Origin: Orbicella franksi
Lineage: Eukaryota
Direction of reading: 5' to 3'
Assembly (NCBI GenBank): GCA_964199315.1
Contig: OZ116711.1
Coordinates: forward strand, 806,001-870,000
Length of the DNA stretch: 64,000 nt
Shown here: positions 27,310 to 39,974 of the stretch, piece after piece
Numbering within the stretch: position 1 is the first letter of the stretch
Layout: the number at the start of each line of letters is the position of its first letter
Notes under the pieces: generated by a model
The model's database searches: none
What the model was told of the DNA's origin: nothing
What the model saw: only the letters and a program-made list of their open reading frames with translations
Position numbers and translations under genes: made by a program

Positions 27310-29740
27310 GTAAGGCACCTCTAAAACCATCTAAATATTAAACTATGTTTGTGGCTCATTCATTCTTGCCTGAAAGAGGCTAGATAACTAATATTTACGA
27401 AGGAAACAGTACGATGTACGAGATAGAATAGCCAGTGAGTGGCTTCCTATACCGTAACTCAATTTCCCTTTCTGTACAGTTTTGTTTATTGTGTCCTCAT
27501 TTGCTGTCCAGAGACTTTTGTTGTTAATTTTACGTCTCGTTTCTTGGTTTTCGTTTACAGATTTGGATTTTCTTTTTTCTGGTAGTCCGCCAGTAATCAC
27601 TGGCCTTGGGCTTTTTAGTGAAATTATACAATATCCGGTCGTTAAGATCGCGACACGCGACTGACACAGCAGAATTATTCACACTAGTATTGTTTATTTT
27701 TAAGTGCCCACACCTGCTCCAACTTCACCATCGCCGGGAATGACGTCAGTTGCTAGTATGCCAACAGTGGAGTTCGGACCGGAAGCGAATAGAGGTGAAA
27801 ATAAGACGAGAAAAGGTAAAAGGAATTGTTTGTTAACACTGTTCTTCTTTGACGTGACTTAATGCTTTGATCCCGGACTGGGCTAGGGGAATGGGTCGAT
27901 CTTCCTAGACGAATTTGTTAGTTTTTGTCTCCGCTTTGAGAGAAGTATCTTTGGACATTTCTTCCAGTCTAAAACAGACTTTACAAAAATTGTTTTCTTC
28001 AAATAAAAAGAAACGTCAGAATTAAGTCTAGTTTGTAAAGGAAACGAAAGAGTAAAATAAGTCAACACGATACTTAGATTGTTAAACCTGGGTAAAAAGG
28101 TACAAAACAAAAGAAAAAGTCTGTTTTCGAGCCCAGTCGCCTATCAGGCCGGAGCTTATCCCGGTTTCTGTAGCATGAAGCGACTAGGAGTATTTCTACT
28201 CCCCCTGGATGGGATACTAGTCCATTGCAGGGTTTCCCCAAGCATTAAATTCTCATACACCTGGATGGAGAGAGGCACTGCGAGAGTAAAGTGTCTTACC
28301 CAAAAACACTTGATAATAACCCCAGTCAAGCTCGAACCCGGACTGCTCGATGCGGAGCCAGCTCATGAACCGTTACGCCACAGCACCTCAAATTAAAACT
28401 GGGATTGATTGAAAACGCATGCAGCATGTTGAAACGATCCAAACTATAACATACGTTTCTCTAATATCGTCATCTCATAATAACTCTGAGTTTATTGACA
28501 AGTGCTTGTTAACTTTCGATAGGTGTTAACGTTCCCGCCATTGTTGTACCCGTGGTGCTGTGTATTGTGATACTGATCTTGCTGTTGATTGGTTTCTTTT
28601 TCTGGAAAAGGTGAGACTAAATACACTGGTCGATGGGTTACCTTGTTGTAAATAAAGGGGCAATGCAAAGGTCGAGAGAACTAACTCGTTCAAACTAAAT
28701 AAACATGTTCAGATAAAAGCGTTGGTGTCTCAATGTAGCATTCAAATTCCCAAACGTCTACGGGAGCTAGAAAGGAGAATTAAAATTTGGAGCTTCGCTG
28801 GAATGCACTTCCAAGTTTATTCAACTACTAATCGTATTAAAAATTTTCCCATACAGTGATATTGACATAGCTATACCATCAAGAGATATATTCATTTGAC
28901 ACCTTGAAACGTTCAGTAGTGTCCGATAAATAATACTGTGTTGTTTTCTTTTCATCCAGGAGATATGGAAAGGACCTTAACATTAAACCAGTCGTATATA
29001 AGAGGTCAGTGAAAACCAAAACAAAACATGTGATTTCCCTGTGGATGTACCGAAATAAGCCCCAACACCATTCCATCATTTTATATGAGGGTCAAACACT
29101 TCCTTCCCAAGGAATAAGACAGAGATAGAAGAAGTAGATACAAAGGTACCAGAAAATATGGGGAAAGGGTGTGGGAGGTGGAGATAGGCTCCTTCTTGCT
29201 CTAAAAATCGAGAGGGTGGATGAGGACTTTCCTGCTGCTCCGATGATGAACACCATCCCAGGATAACTTTTCTATTCCTGGATGAACAGAGGAACTTGGG
29301 GGCGTGCAAATTCCAGTAGTCTTATCATTAGCGTTCTCAAAATCAACATGTTTAGTAAAATAATGCACGCTGTATCGTCACAGGCACAGAATCTTAACAT
29401 AATTAAATAAACGTAACGGGTTATTAAGTTCTTCAGTCAGACGTTGGTAACGCCTCACTTACGTGACGCGAGACGCGTGACGCGCAAGCATTTGTGGCAA
29501 AGCCACTTTACCATGTTTACGGTATTCGTCACAATCGGGTTATTATCGGCTTTTGCGATTTTCTCCTTATTTTAATTGTCTGACGTCTAAAGTGGAATAG
29601 ACCTGGAACGAATTTACTCCCTCGTTCAACTGTTTTTCTTGAAAGCTGCTTGTCGTTTAAATTCTCCGTTATCTTCTTTAATTTTCAGGGCAACCGATGA
29701 TTTACCCACAGCAGCGGAAAACTTGTCCAATGACCGGTAA
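3419..29740 (+). CDS. Gene 1: giant type-I membrane protein, signal-CUB-ILEI/PANDER-13x F5/8 type C (discoidin)-S/T/P stalk-TM-short tail; 35 exons, 2394 aa
   Basis: Hand-built model with GT/AG boundaries and compatible phases: 3419-3482 (MEMLVWKAASLSILLYSLGSS), 4831-5187, 6179-6331, 6995-7085, 8114-8349, 26 F5/8 exons (9063-26871), 27705-27815, 28523-28610, 28960-29004, 29689-29740. Exons sum to 7185 nt = 2395 codons with no internal stop. Neuropilin/DCBLD-like architecture but not a recognisable ortholog. Confidence 0.85.
4831..5187 (+). CDS. Gene 1 CUB domain exon (phase 1-1)
   Basis: CNETFQADKGGFHSPNYPQQYPDDQYCSWRI...YDGD...VFKSD...GFQAVY; acceptor ttcttag, donor G|GTAAGT. Confidence 0.93.
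6179..8349 (+). CDS. Gene 1 ILEI/PANDER (FAM3/GG-like) domain, 3 exons (6179-6331, 6995-7085, 8114-8349)
   Basis: Spliced peptide IYIRSEGCDDPG...RGHNVVIVDAATGAVLASRSYDTH...KIVLIAIQDEG...LRRLGA...FRGSFALAG fits the ILEI pattern (RG.NVV..D..TG...FDT; V..DE; R.S.A..G). Largely missed by the ORF track. Confidence 0.8.
7657..7893 (+). mobile_element. tRNA-derived CORE-like SINE, 5'-truncated copy
   Basis: ttggg..gacactttactctcac...ccaggtgta...atgggtacc body and gtcgcttcatgctac.gaaaccgg tail, shared with three other copies. Confidence 0.75.
8385..8690. repeat. Degenerate (GCA/GTA/GTG)n trinucleotide tract in a gene 1 intron
   Basis: Directly visible; source of several low-complexity ORFs. Confidence 0.85.
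9063..26871 (+). CDS. Gene 1 array of 13 F5/8 type C domains, each split into an N-exon (phase 1-0) and a 139-nt C-exon (phase 0-1)
   Basis: N-exons: 9063-9382, 11035-11345, 11822-12132, 13266-13591, 14787-15112, 16247-16551, 17748-18073, 19466-19791, 20750-21075, 21942-22267, 23172-23497, 24740-25065, 26060-26385. C-exons start at 10227, 11451, 12613, 13936, 15889, 17260, 18601, 19930, 21357, 22785, 24256, 25585, 26733. Motifs PLGME, QITASS, WLQVDLG, VATQG, SMRxExYGC. Confidence 0.93.
17461..17654. mobile_element. Palindromic MITE in a gene 1 intron
   Basis: aaagaactggttcatgct...agcatgaaccaattcttt; the arms stay imperfectly complementary inward. Confidence 0.75.
27705..29740 (+). CDS. Gene 1 stalk, transmembrane and cytoplasmic exons
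   Basis: Stalk VPTPAPTSPSPG (27705-27815); TM GVNVPAIVVPVVLCIVILILLLIGFFFWKR (28523-28610); tail RYGKDLNIKPVVYKR (28960-29004) then ATDDLPTAAENLSNDR* (29689-29740). Confidence 0.8.
28128..28388 (-). mobile_element. Same SINE family, minus strand
   Basis: Reverse-complement match to the 7657 and 61118 copies; B-box-like ggttcgag. Confidence 0.78.
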
Positions 29741-32677
29741 ACATCTTGATACATGAAACTCATGAACAGTATAGCAGTGGTGCCTCAGGACACCGCCGTA
29801 AACGTACACAACGCTGAACCTTTTTAAACTATAATAAACTGTAAGATGCCAACAAGTTGTGATCCCGGGCTGTCAAACTGCAGCCGCAAAGGGACTTCAG
29901 GAACGAGTACCTGCATTGTTGCGCCCAAATTTTAAGACCCAGCCAAGAGGAAGGCATTTCACTTACTTTGAATAGAAAGTGATAATTTGGATGGTAACAT
30001 GCTAGTAGTTGAGTTTCTTACATATCTTTTCCAGTGATGCAAAATATCGAAACTCGCATCCCTTGCCCTCGAAACTCAAAATGGAGCGACAGATAACCCT
30101 CTCACTCGGCCCCCGCCCCCACAGAAGTTTCAAAGTATGTTTAAGGTGTTCATACCTGTGCTCTCTTACTTCCTAACAGAGATGTTTTGCTGTTTCAAGA
30201 TTCCTAAGACATTCTGCAACGACAAAGACAGATAGCTCTGACACCACGATCATCCTGATAACCGCGTTTTAAGTTTACTATGTTAACAACTGTTCACCGA
30301 TCATGTACAACAACATGTACCTTCAAATAACTTGTTAGTGAAGATAAACTGTTGGTCCAACGGTTGTAATGCAAGTTATTTGAACTGAAATCGCTGATAA
30401 TTTAACATATCAAATGCCGCTTAAGTGCTATACTATTATTTTCCTTGCGACTTAATTTTGATGAGATTTGGGCAGCGCTTTCTAAGTTTACACTAGCTTA
30501 TACGCAGTCTTGCTGTAACCACTTGCTGCGATATCATTTAACTTGCATGAAGTATTACTGTATGTATGTTGAAGTGTGTAGTCATTTTTATCAAATAAAC
30601 CAGGAAAACACACAATGTTGTCTTTGATCATCAATTATAACGAATAAACTGCAGTCCTGGTGGTTCGAAGTAAAACCACTTACGGTTTATAGTCTCACAC
30701 TTGTATTGCAATGGCTGATTTGTTAGCACGGCTAATCGTGATGTTGGTGTGTAGTCATTGAGTCTCACGTTCGCGTTAATAGACGTATGAACGGCTTGCA
30801 TCTACGGAAAAAAATTGAATCTGGTTCAACTTTTTCGCGCAGACAAGCTACCCACACATTTCCTCTATTGCACTTTACCCACGTAAAGTCGTTAAAATTC
30901 AGTTTCCTCAACGCGTTCAAAATAACGTCAAATTAATAAGTCCCGCTTAATGCACCTACCTGTCACCCAATTTTTTGCGTTTGAATTTGATTGCGTTTGA
31001 TTGTAAAAATAAAAGGAACCATGAATTGACCAGAGGCGCCTGATATGCCGCCGAGGCGTGCCAAAAAGGTGCGATTAGGTATAAATATCAGTCAAGTCCG
31101 TTACCTTACCGGGTAGCACTCTTTGTTTTATTTGTGTTTGAATTTTTTAGTTACCGAATTTCATTTGTTTGTGTTTTATTCGTATGTTAGTCGTGTCTTT
31201 GATTTTGATTTGAATTTAGTATATTTACAATAACCACAGTAAGCTAAACCCTACTTAGTGAAGGTGATAATGGATCTGTTTTACTGTGAGGGGCCCTGAT
31301 GGACTGGATCAAACTCAGTGGTCCATAGTGATACCCCGCTATAAGTAAGACCTCGTTTTAGGTAGTTTTTACGTGGCTTGGGCAGATTCAATTTCATCTC
31401 CGCGTGCCTAAAATTATATCTATATCAGCACACCTTTTGTTGCTTTTATGTATGATTATAGTTTTTGAGTTTTATACTTTTTTATCATTCGTTAGATTGT
31501 TACTTCAACTAATAGCACGCTAGTTGTTGAAGTTTTATAATTATTCCACTTTCATAGATATCCACTGGACCCTTAGTTTTAATGTATAATATATATTAAT
31601 TTATGCGTGATCTATGTAACGCACACTTCAGCCCGAGGTGCTTGTATTTCTGAGAAACCGAAAGGTCATCATGGCGTAAACATGGAGCACTTTGCGTTCG
31701 CTCTTCACCCTAACTTTACCCTAACGTTGGTACTTTGTTTATGGAACCAGACATGATGCTGTAGCAAACGTTATGTGCGATAACCGTCCTGTTCAGCCTG
31801 CAATCATCAGGTAGGTTCAAAGAGCATGTACACGAGACTATAGGCATAACAAGTTGGGAAATGTAAACAACCTCGAAGCTAAAACTACATTGCTAACTTT
31901 GACAGCATTATTTGGCATGGTTTCTGATATTAGGTTAGGGAAATAACTGTAAGAAAAATAATTTAGTTCAGTCCAAGCACACGACACAGTTATCCTGGCC
32001 GTGATAATAATGGTATTTAACAGAAAAAGACAACCGAGGATGCATAGTATACTTCTACTGAAAAGTAACGACCTTCCTAAAGTAGCGACCATTCGAAAAG
32101 AAGCGAACCGAAAGTCTTAAGGTTTTTAGAAGATCTTGTAATGTACCGACCGGCCCTCAGATAGCTACTTCAAACGTGACTTAGTATCAGAGAAGGAGGA
32201 ACAACAGACAGAAGAAGCGGTACAAAACTAATGTAACGTGACCACAATTTCAAGGGCAATATTTTATATAATTTTTTTTAAACCAGGTTCGATCTTTTAA
32301 ATCTTCTAAATTAAGGTCGTGTTCTTTTGAAACTCTACGGCAAGATATAATACAGCATTCGGTATGTCAATTTCGAAAGTATTCTAAGTTTATTACAGGA
32401 CTTCGTGAACACCTCCTGAACTAAGTTCTGCCGATGGATCGCTTTGAGTTGGGCGGCCAAATTCAGCTAAATTTTGAAGGAATTTCTTGAATTATAGCAA
32501 CCGAAGGAGAATTCTAAATGCAAAAGGTTGTATAGAAAGATTTAGAAAGTATACTCTAATGGAATCGAATCGAAGAATCCAATCGAATTCAATTCAAGTC
32601 AGCAAAAGTAGACTGAAATGGAGTTTCTTCTCGACAATTTATGTCGATTAGAGTTCTCTGATAACATACCTTGCTAG

Positions 32678-33083
32678 AGGGTCGTAAAGGGGTATTCTCT
32701 TGATGCGTGATTGGCTGATTCTATTTTCCGTGAAACGTGAATTGAGGAAATTATTCTTCGTGACTCGTGACCTGAGGTTTTGCGTGACCCGTGAAGAACC
32801 TGTTTTATTAACCGATATTTGTAATTTTACCACTCTATTCTACATGATTTTGAGACGCAAGTCCTCCGAATGTTTAGAGTCGTCTATCGAGAGTGACTTA
32901 GGCATGCGATTTGCAATATGGAGCCTTGACTTAGCCATTCGCGAGTTTGCTTTCTTCAAACACTCTTTCTAGTGTAAGAAAAGGTTATTAAAAAGAGTAT
33001 CTTACTTGCGTATTTTCGTGATTCGGGAAAACGAAATTTTTATATCCGTGAACCGTACCAGAGAGGCCCCCCTGTACGACCCT
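32678..33083. mobile_element. MITE, 15-bp TIR, 8-bp TSD-like flanks (hAT-like)
   Basis: AGGGTCGTAAAGGGG...CCCCTGTACGACCCT; flanks cttgctag / tttgctag; approximate empty site in unit B near 51368. Confidence 0.75.
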
Positions 33084-33366
33084 TTTGCTAGGAATCATGT
33101 GAATTTGGCGTGATATTCTCGGAAACGTGACCTGAAGTATCCAATCGGGATCACTAGTGCTCGGGTATCGAACATTTGTTTACTCAAGTTCAGTGGACCA
33201 CAATCGAACTCAGTCGCTCGAAACGTATTTAGACCTATTTACGCTTTTGTGTCAATACAAGACTCTGAGAGTAATAATGCAGGGTTAAACGTGTAAAAAA
33301 AAACTAACTATATTATCTTTAAATCGAGACAGAAGACACTTAATAAAGCCCTTTCCCTTTAACTTG

Positions 33367-33608
33367 GGGTTCGAATCCCGTTGAAGCCCTGATTTTTTTT
33401 CAGGCTTCTTCTTTCCAATTGCTTAAATTGGAAAATATACTGCGATGATCATTCTTCACTTTCATCTACAACCGCAGTTCATATATAAATTATTTCATAT
33501 AAACTTCACATCATTTCACTCCTCACGGGAAGATATGAACTCAATCAAGTGGCCTCGTTCCCAATGTGTGGCTTCATAGCTCAGTTGGTAGAGCATCGCA
33601 CCGGTATC

Positions 33609-33642
<34 letters not shown>

Positions 33643-33767
33643 TGATTTTTTTTTTTCAGGCTTCTTCTTTCCAATTGCTTAAATTGGAAAATATACTGCG
33701 ATGATCATTCTTCACTTTCATCTACAACCGCAGTTCATATATGAATTATTTCATATAAACTTCACAT
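33367..33767 (+). repeat. 1.6 tandem units (253-bp period) of a repeat containing a tRNA-like cloverleaf (33570-33642, anticodon position GGT)
   Basis: GGCTTCA/TGAAGCC acceptor, GCTC/GAGC D stem, ACGGG-TTCGAAT-CCCGT T arm, followed by a T-run. C33 and an A31:C39 mismatch argue against a working tRNA. Not seen in unit B. Confidence 0.8.
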
Positions 33768-34430
33768 GATCACACCTTTGTCGCATAAACCTTAGCCAAT
33801 TTACCACACTCCACCAAGACCTTAAAATTTGGAATTCTCTACCAGTATCTATAACACGTTTAACAAGCTTTTCCAACTTTAAGAAAAAGTTGATCACATT
33901 TTTATTTACAAAATAGTGAATTGGTCATGCCGCGCCTGCAGAAGTTAAAATTATTAATACATTAACTTCTTAGGTGGCCTCCGTTATAAGTCTGGTGATT
34001 TCTTTTGGAGGTCTTCTCGCCGCTTTTTGAGGATTGTCAGGATATACCTTTTTTATTATTTACGTGGTAAATAATTGATGATGATGATGATGACGACGAT
34101 GATGATGATGATGATTAATTTACAGGGTCTATTCAATGGCCAGCTGGAACATACGGAATACCCAAACCTATAGCCGGGTGTCCTCAGGCTGATGGCTTTC
34201 GTTGGCATTCGGGATGGATGCTTCAGCGTGATGATTACCATTATCAAAATAATGGTTCAGAATCAAACAACTCAAGGTCACTGGAATTCCACATTGATGG
34301 AAAAGTAGATATCTTCAGAGTCAATAGATCGTTCTGCATGAAAGAAGACACAACAAAGGACTTCAAGTATAAGCGACCAACGTGGCCACGAGGTTCGTCA
34401 TGTGCTATGTTTTCTTAGCTAGCTTGTTTT

Positions 34431-34734
34431 CGAGGGCGGATTTAGGGTGGGGGAGGAGGGTGGATTGGGTGGTAAGCCATTCCCCTTTTGGAGAAGCAAA
34501 ACAAAAAAAAAAAAATTGAAAAAGATTGTGAATGGTATGGCAGAAATAAAGGCAAATGCTCTGGACGGGTACCTCTTTGTAATTTCTACTTTGTGGCATT
34601 GCTAGTATATTTGGTATAACAGTTCTCAATTAGGTTCCAATTCTCAAATTGCAGCAATTTTGGGGCACGCTCCATTCATTCTGCAAACCCAAGGTACCGG
34701 CCATCCCCTTGAAAAAATCCTAGATCCGCCCCTG
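34431..34734. mobile_element. MITE with CAGGGGCGGATC-type TIRs
   Basis: cgagggcggatttag...ctagatccgcccctg; flanked by tgtttt on both sides. Confidence 0.65.
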
Positions 34735-37700
34735 TGTTTTATTCAACGTCCAGCTCTATATAGTTATTTCCTAAATGGAATTTTTCACTCATTGCAGGGA
34801 AATACTGCATTTATAAAGGGAGCGACCGTTGCCCTAAAGGCTTGATACTTGGATGGGTCTTCTGGGCTGACAGCTATAGTAACGATGAAAAAGATGGATT
34901 TTTTCCTGATGGCAGATATTCGCAGTACACAGAGATTAACTTCTGTTGTAGAACAGACGGAGATAAAGACGAACCTATCCTCCTTCCTTCTAAATCTCCA
35001 TTTTTTCTGCTGGCTTACGAGTCAGCGAAATGCCAGATGGTTAAGTGGGCAGTAACTAGTCTGGAGTGGATATATTATTTTACACATAACAAGGAGAACG
35101 ACAAACGAAATGGCTCGTATCCTTACAACGCTGGAAAAATGCACCCCACCATTTATTACTGTTACTACCAGGGTGAGAAAACATAAATTAGTGCGAACAT
35201 TTTTCCTAAGCATCTTAACTCTGAAATTGAAAAAGGACTGCACGACTTCCCATAGCAAAACCACTATAGATGACAATTATCATGCGAATTCATCTTTCTC
35301 TATAGAGCAATGCCATTTTCATAGTTTACTAATTAAAACCTGTCCACCAGTTAAAACTCCCAAATATATAGGGGGAAATTATTTTTAAGGGTAATAGGGA
35401 CCATATTATTTTCCAGTCAAATTAAGGTGGGAATTAGTTTCTAGAATAACTGGGAAAATAACTTCATCGTGATTGACTGAGAGCAGGCCAATTTATCGTT
35501 CCTTTTTAATTTGAACTGCAGTGCAAATTAATGCTGGCGCGTTCTTGATTTTCTCAAAATAAAATGAATACTCGAGCAATTAAGGATTTGCATTACTCGT
35601 GGCATTTGAAAACTCTTTCAAATTGTACTCGCCTAAAGGCTGGTGCAATTTTGGGAGAATTTTCACTAAAGTATCATTCGTGGAATAAATCCTTAATTGT
35701 ACTTGTATTCATACGATTACCTGTACAAACTGCTGGACTGCGTCGGCGGGCAAATGAAACACTTTGTTGTTATCAGATTGAAACTGATAAAGGTAAATTA
35801 ACCGCCGTAGCGAGTTAGTGAAACTGACGTTTCCAGCATTAACCCTTCGTCCGTGACTTTGCTCAGACGAAAGCGTACGATTTTAACGTTGACTTGAAGT
35901 TGACAAATAGCTTCCTTTTTTCCCTATTTTTAAGGATGTAACAACACGTTGACAGCTGTCAGTGGCACTCTTACGTCAATAAACTATCCAAAACATTATC
36001 CGAATGGACAGTACTGCTCGTGGAAGGTCATTGTCAACACGACACAACAAATACACTTAAAGTTTGAAAGCTTTAGTTTGCAAATAGAGAGTTCTACTGA
36101 CGAGCTACATGTGTATGATGGAGAAGATGAAACAGGGGAGGTGTTAGGAGTGTTTTACGGAGGTCACCCTCCTCCAAAGGAGGGAATCTACTCTTCATCA
36201 AGCCGAATGTTTTTGATATTCAAATCAGACAAGAAAAACTCATACAAAGGCTTCAGCGCTTCTTATGTTGTTGGTAGAAAACCGGGTAAGTCTTATTAGC
36301 TTCCGTAGTTTTGTTCGTAATGTCATGGACTTAATTAAAAGTAAAAACCTCTAAATTCTTATTGGCTGCTTGTTACCACGTGACAACGCACGACGGCACA
36401 GTAAATTCCTAGTTCCTTTTTCTTTCATTTACATTTTTGTCCTTCACCGTATTTTTGACCTTTTTGTGATGGCAATAGTCAGTACACATAAATGTAAATT
36501 ATAAGAGTTACTGGAACCAAAAGGTAATTATATGCGGTGTTTCAGTTCTATTGGGGAGTGCTAACCTTTCAAAAGTTTTGCAATATTCCTTTGCTAAATT
36601 AACTTATTGTTCCCGTCGTATATAACAGTTCCTCGAGTCACACCTACGAAAGTACCAACCTCAGCAGCACGTATCACGTCACCGCATATCCTTACTTCTA
36701 AGATCTCTATAGCCTCAAAACTGACGTCATCGTCCACTGCTTTTGCTACTTCAACAACACAAACTTTGAAAGTGAAGTCCTCGCCTGTTGTTCCTACCAC
36801 GACTGCTAAAACCTCAAAGTTAACGTCATCGTCCCCTACACAAGCTTGGGAAATGGCGTCGTGGTCTTATGTTATTTCTATGACCCTGCGTACTACAGAA
36901 ATAACGCATTTATCTCCGATTACTCCTACAGCACAAACTCTTAAAGTAACGTCCTCGCCTATTGTTTCTACCACGACTGCTAAAACATCAACGTCATCGT
37001 CCTCTACACAAGCTTCGGAGATGGCGTCGTCGTCTTATGTTATTTCTATGACTCCAGAAGTAACGTATTTATCTCCGATTACTCCTACAACAGATACGCT
37101 GATAAAAACGACACCCAGAGGAAAACCGTGGACATCGACAACTAAAGTGCCGCCGAAGATAGGTAAGAAAAACGTAATAAAACATGTTTAGTACCCGACT
37201 TGTCGAGCGTCTACTTTTTGCAAGTAGTACGTATGGTTATGGTGGCGAGCCTTTTCTTCGTTTTTTGAAAAAAATGATTCGTGTTCGTTTAAAATTTTCG
37301 TAAATCGTTTGTTTAGCATTAAAACCAGGAGCTCTAGCTTCCTATAGACTAATAGTTGGCGACGGTGAGGCTCCAAGTTAATCACGGAAGTGGAACAAAA
37401 CCGAGAGCGAATAGTTTTATTATCTTAGTATAATTGGCCAGGGGCTCAACCATCATTTATTGATCATAGACTACATACAAAAATAGTTTTGTTTTCACAG
37501 TATTGTTTTCTACCTCGCACAAATGATGCACAAGAAAACGCACTTGAGTTAAAGCATTATTGTGTTCTGAAAGGTGGCATTTGGACGAGGAGTGTGGTAA
37601 AGTGCAGTTGTCTAAAATTCAAATTGGTACGGAAATGGTAACTGAGACTGTTACATACTAAGGAAAATTTAAAGTCGAATGGCCAGAACGGTTGATAATT

Positions 37701-39126
37701 TAAAACAACTCTGTTTTTTTTTGTTGTCGTTGTTGTTGTTTTTTTTTTCAGGATATAACGAAACTCTAACTGCAGTCAATGGCACTTTCCAGTCAACAAA
37801 CTGTCCAAGAAATTACTCGGATGGACAGTACTGCTTCTGGAGAATCGCGCTTACCACAGCGCAACAAATCTACTTAATATTCTCAAGCTTTAGTTTGCAA
37901 AATGAGAATAACAGAGACGCGTTTTACATGTACGATGGACAGAATGCGACAGGGGAGGCATTGGAGGAGTTTAACGGAGGTCACCCTCCCCTAAAGGAAG
38001 GAATCTGCATCTCGTCAAACCGGGTATTTGTTGTATTCAAATCAGACAAGGCGGGATCTTTCCACGGCTTTAGTGTTTCATATTATGGGGTTAGTAATTC
38101 GGGTGAGTGTTTACGAACCCTTGCAGGGTCGTTTTCGTAACCAATAGTGTCCGATCTGAATGCGTTTGCATATAACAACACATAACAAGGCATGGCAGTC
38201 GACAAACCAATAGTCAAACACTACACTCTGCTATTGTAGCTAAGTAGCTGGTATGCAAGTGATAACCTTTCATAAGTTAGTGGAATTAAAATTAAAGTGA
38301 CACTATCTTCCATGACAATTAGAGCCCTGTGCCATCGCAGCCTCACAGGCGTCAAAGGAAAGTGGAAAGAAGGATGAAAAAAAGCAGCCACAGAGAAAAG
38401 GTATACTGAAACTCAATTTTCCTCTGCTAAGATAATCATCCTCACTTCCCTTATAGATTATTCGAGGGCGACTTGTACACCTGAAAGTCTAATTCGAGGC
38501 AAGAGAGTCTCTAGAACAGTGAGGAAAGTTCACTGAGACCATGAGTATAGATTAAGATTTCAGAAGCAACCTGAGAAATGCCATGAGGGTATGGGCAGCA
38601 TAGTACATAATTGACACTTTTGGTCTGATTTAAATTTCCTCCATAATTATCGTATTGAATTAATGTTATTACCCTTCTTCAATAGGAGACAGAAGTGTTG
38701 AGACACTTAACTGTAAAATTATGCTTTTGAGAGTCCTGGAAACAGTTTTTCCCCTCTCCCCCAACAATGTACATTTTGTTTCTCTGAGACTACGCAGACC
38801 ACATCACCTGCATAACATTGAATTGGTGGAGAGGCGGGGTATCAGAGAATTATCGCCAGATGCATTTAAGTGGGCAAATATCATAGAGTATCATTTCCTT
38901 AGTGTCCCAACCACTTTTGTCGCTTATTGTAGTTATTTGGCTTGCTTAATTTATATATTTATCACGTTTTTATTTGCTTGTATTTGTTTTTAGTGTATAT
39001 ATAAAGTGTATGCTGAGTGTAGTAGGGGGTTACATTGCAATTGGCACGCTAGTTCTGTTTCTTTCCCCCGTCACATCCCGTACTCCAGTTTAATCTCCCG
39101 TAAGCGACCACCTTAAATGTCAAGCC

Positions 39127-39974
39127 TGTGAGTTACAAGGACAGAATATAGCAGGCCCAAAATCCAAGTAATCACATGCGTAGAGCAGTGCGTAGTGTTA
39201 AAACGAACTCGACAAGAACTTCCGACTACGATGTAAACAGAGTTTAATTGGCAGAGATCAATGTTCCATACAGACTCAAATGAAATGAAGCACGTGCCAA
39301 GACGAAGGTAGAATTAAACCACGTGCTGTAAGCTTAGCCGTAAGTCGTATAATGTAAACCGTATGCCGGTTCGAACTGAAATACAATAACGAAAATAGAA
39401 GCTAACGTAACTAACATACCGAAGTATAAAGATAAAATAACACAAATGAAGAAACTATTGCTAGCATTCTCAATAACGTCCGTAACATGGAAGTGTAACA
39501 TAATCGGCACTTATACTGATCGTACGGAAGGCTGGAAAACGATTAATAGGCTACACGGTGTGTAACTTGGACGGTACTTTATGGCAAAATAACCCTATAT
39601 TGGAGATATGGACCTAATCAAGCGCGATTCCGAGCATACAGAACTAACTAACCGATTTAGTAACGATAAAAGGAAACTCAACCGAAACAAATAACAATAG
39701 AAAACCTAAGAACTAACCCTAAAGAACAAGGAATAGATTACTCACTTTGGTTTGCACACGCACTGAACTTGACTTGATAGAATAGACGAGTAACAGTGTA
39801 TAGAGAAACTATGGCCCAATGCCGAGTAGAAGTTGACGCAGTGAAATCTGCACTTGAACTGACCTAACCGAGGAAAACCTCGTGGATATATCTAACCGGA
39901 GAACACGTACGCAAAACCTAGCGGTTATGACTATTTCCCTAACGGACATAGCAGCTGAAGGCTGGTCAACCACA
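39127..39974. mobile_element. Possible solo LTR inside a nest of repeats (~38945-40635) specific to the gene A intron
   Basis: TGTG...CACA ends; interrupts a gtggtcgcttacg-motif repeat; no TSD found; the whole block is absent from unit B. Confidence 0.35.

Noticed and set aside
33570-33642. Functional tRNA-Thr(GGT) gene
   Set aside because: It has C at position 33, a mismatched anticodon stem and an anticodon unusual for eukaryotes, and it lies inside a tandem repeat.
33367-33767. Hammerhead ribozyme (retrozyme)
   Set aside because: I found no CTGATGA...GAAA core by eye; the CTGA is followed by a T-run. An Infernal scan would settle this.
36594-36800. Val-rich antisense ORFs here and at 54790-55020
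   Set aside because: They are antisense shadows of the Ser/Thr-rich mucin exons.
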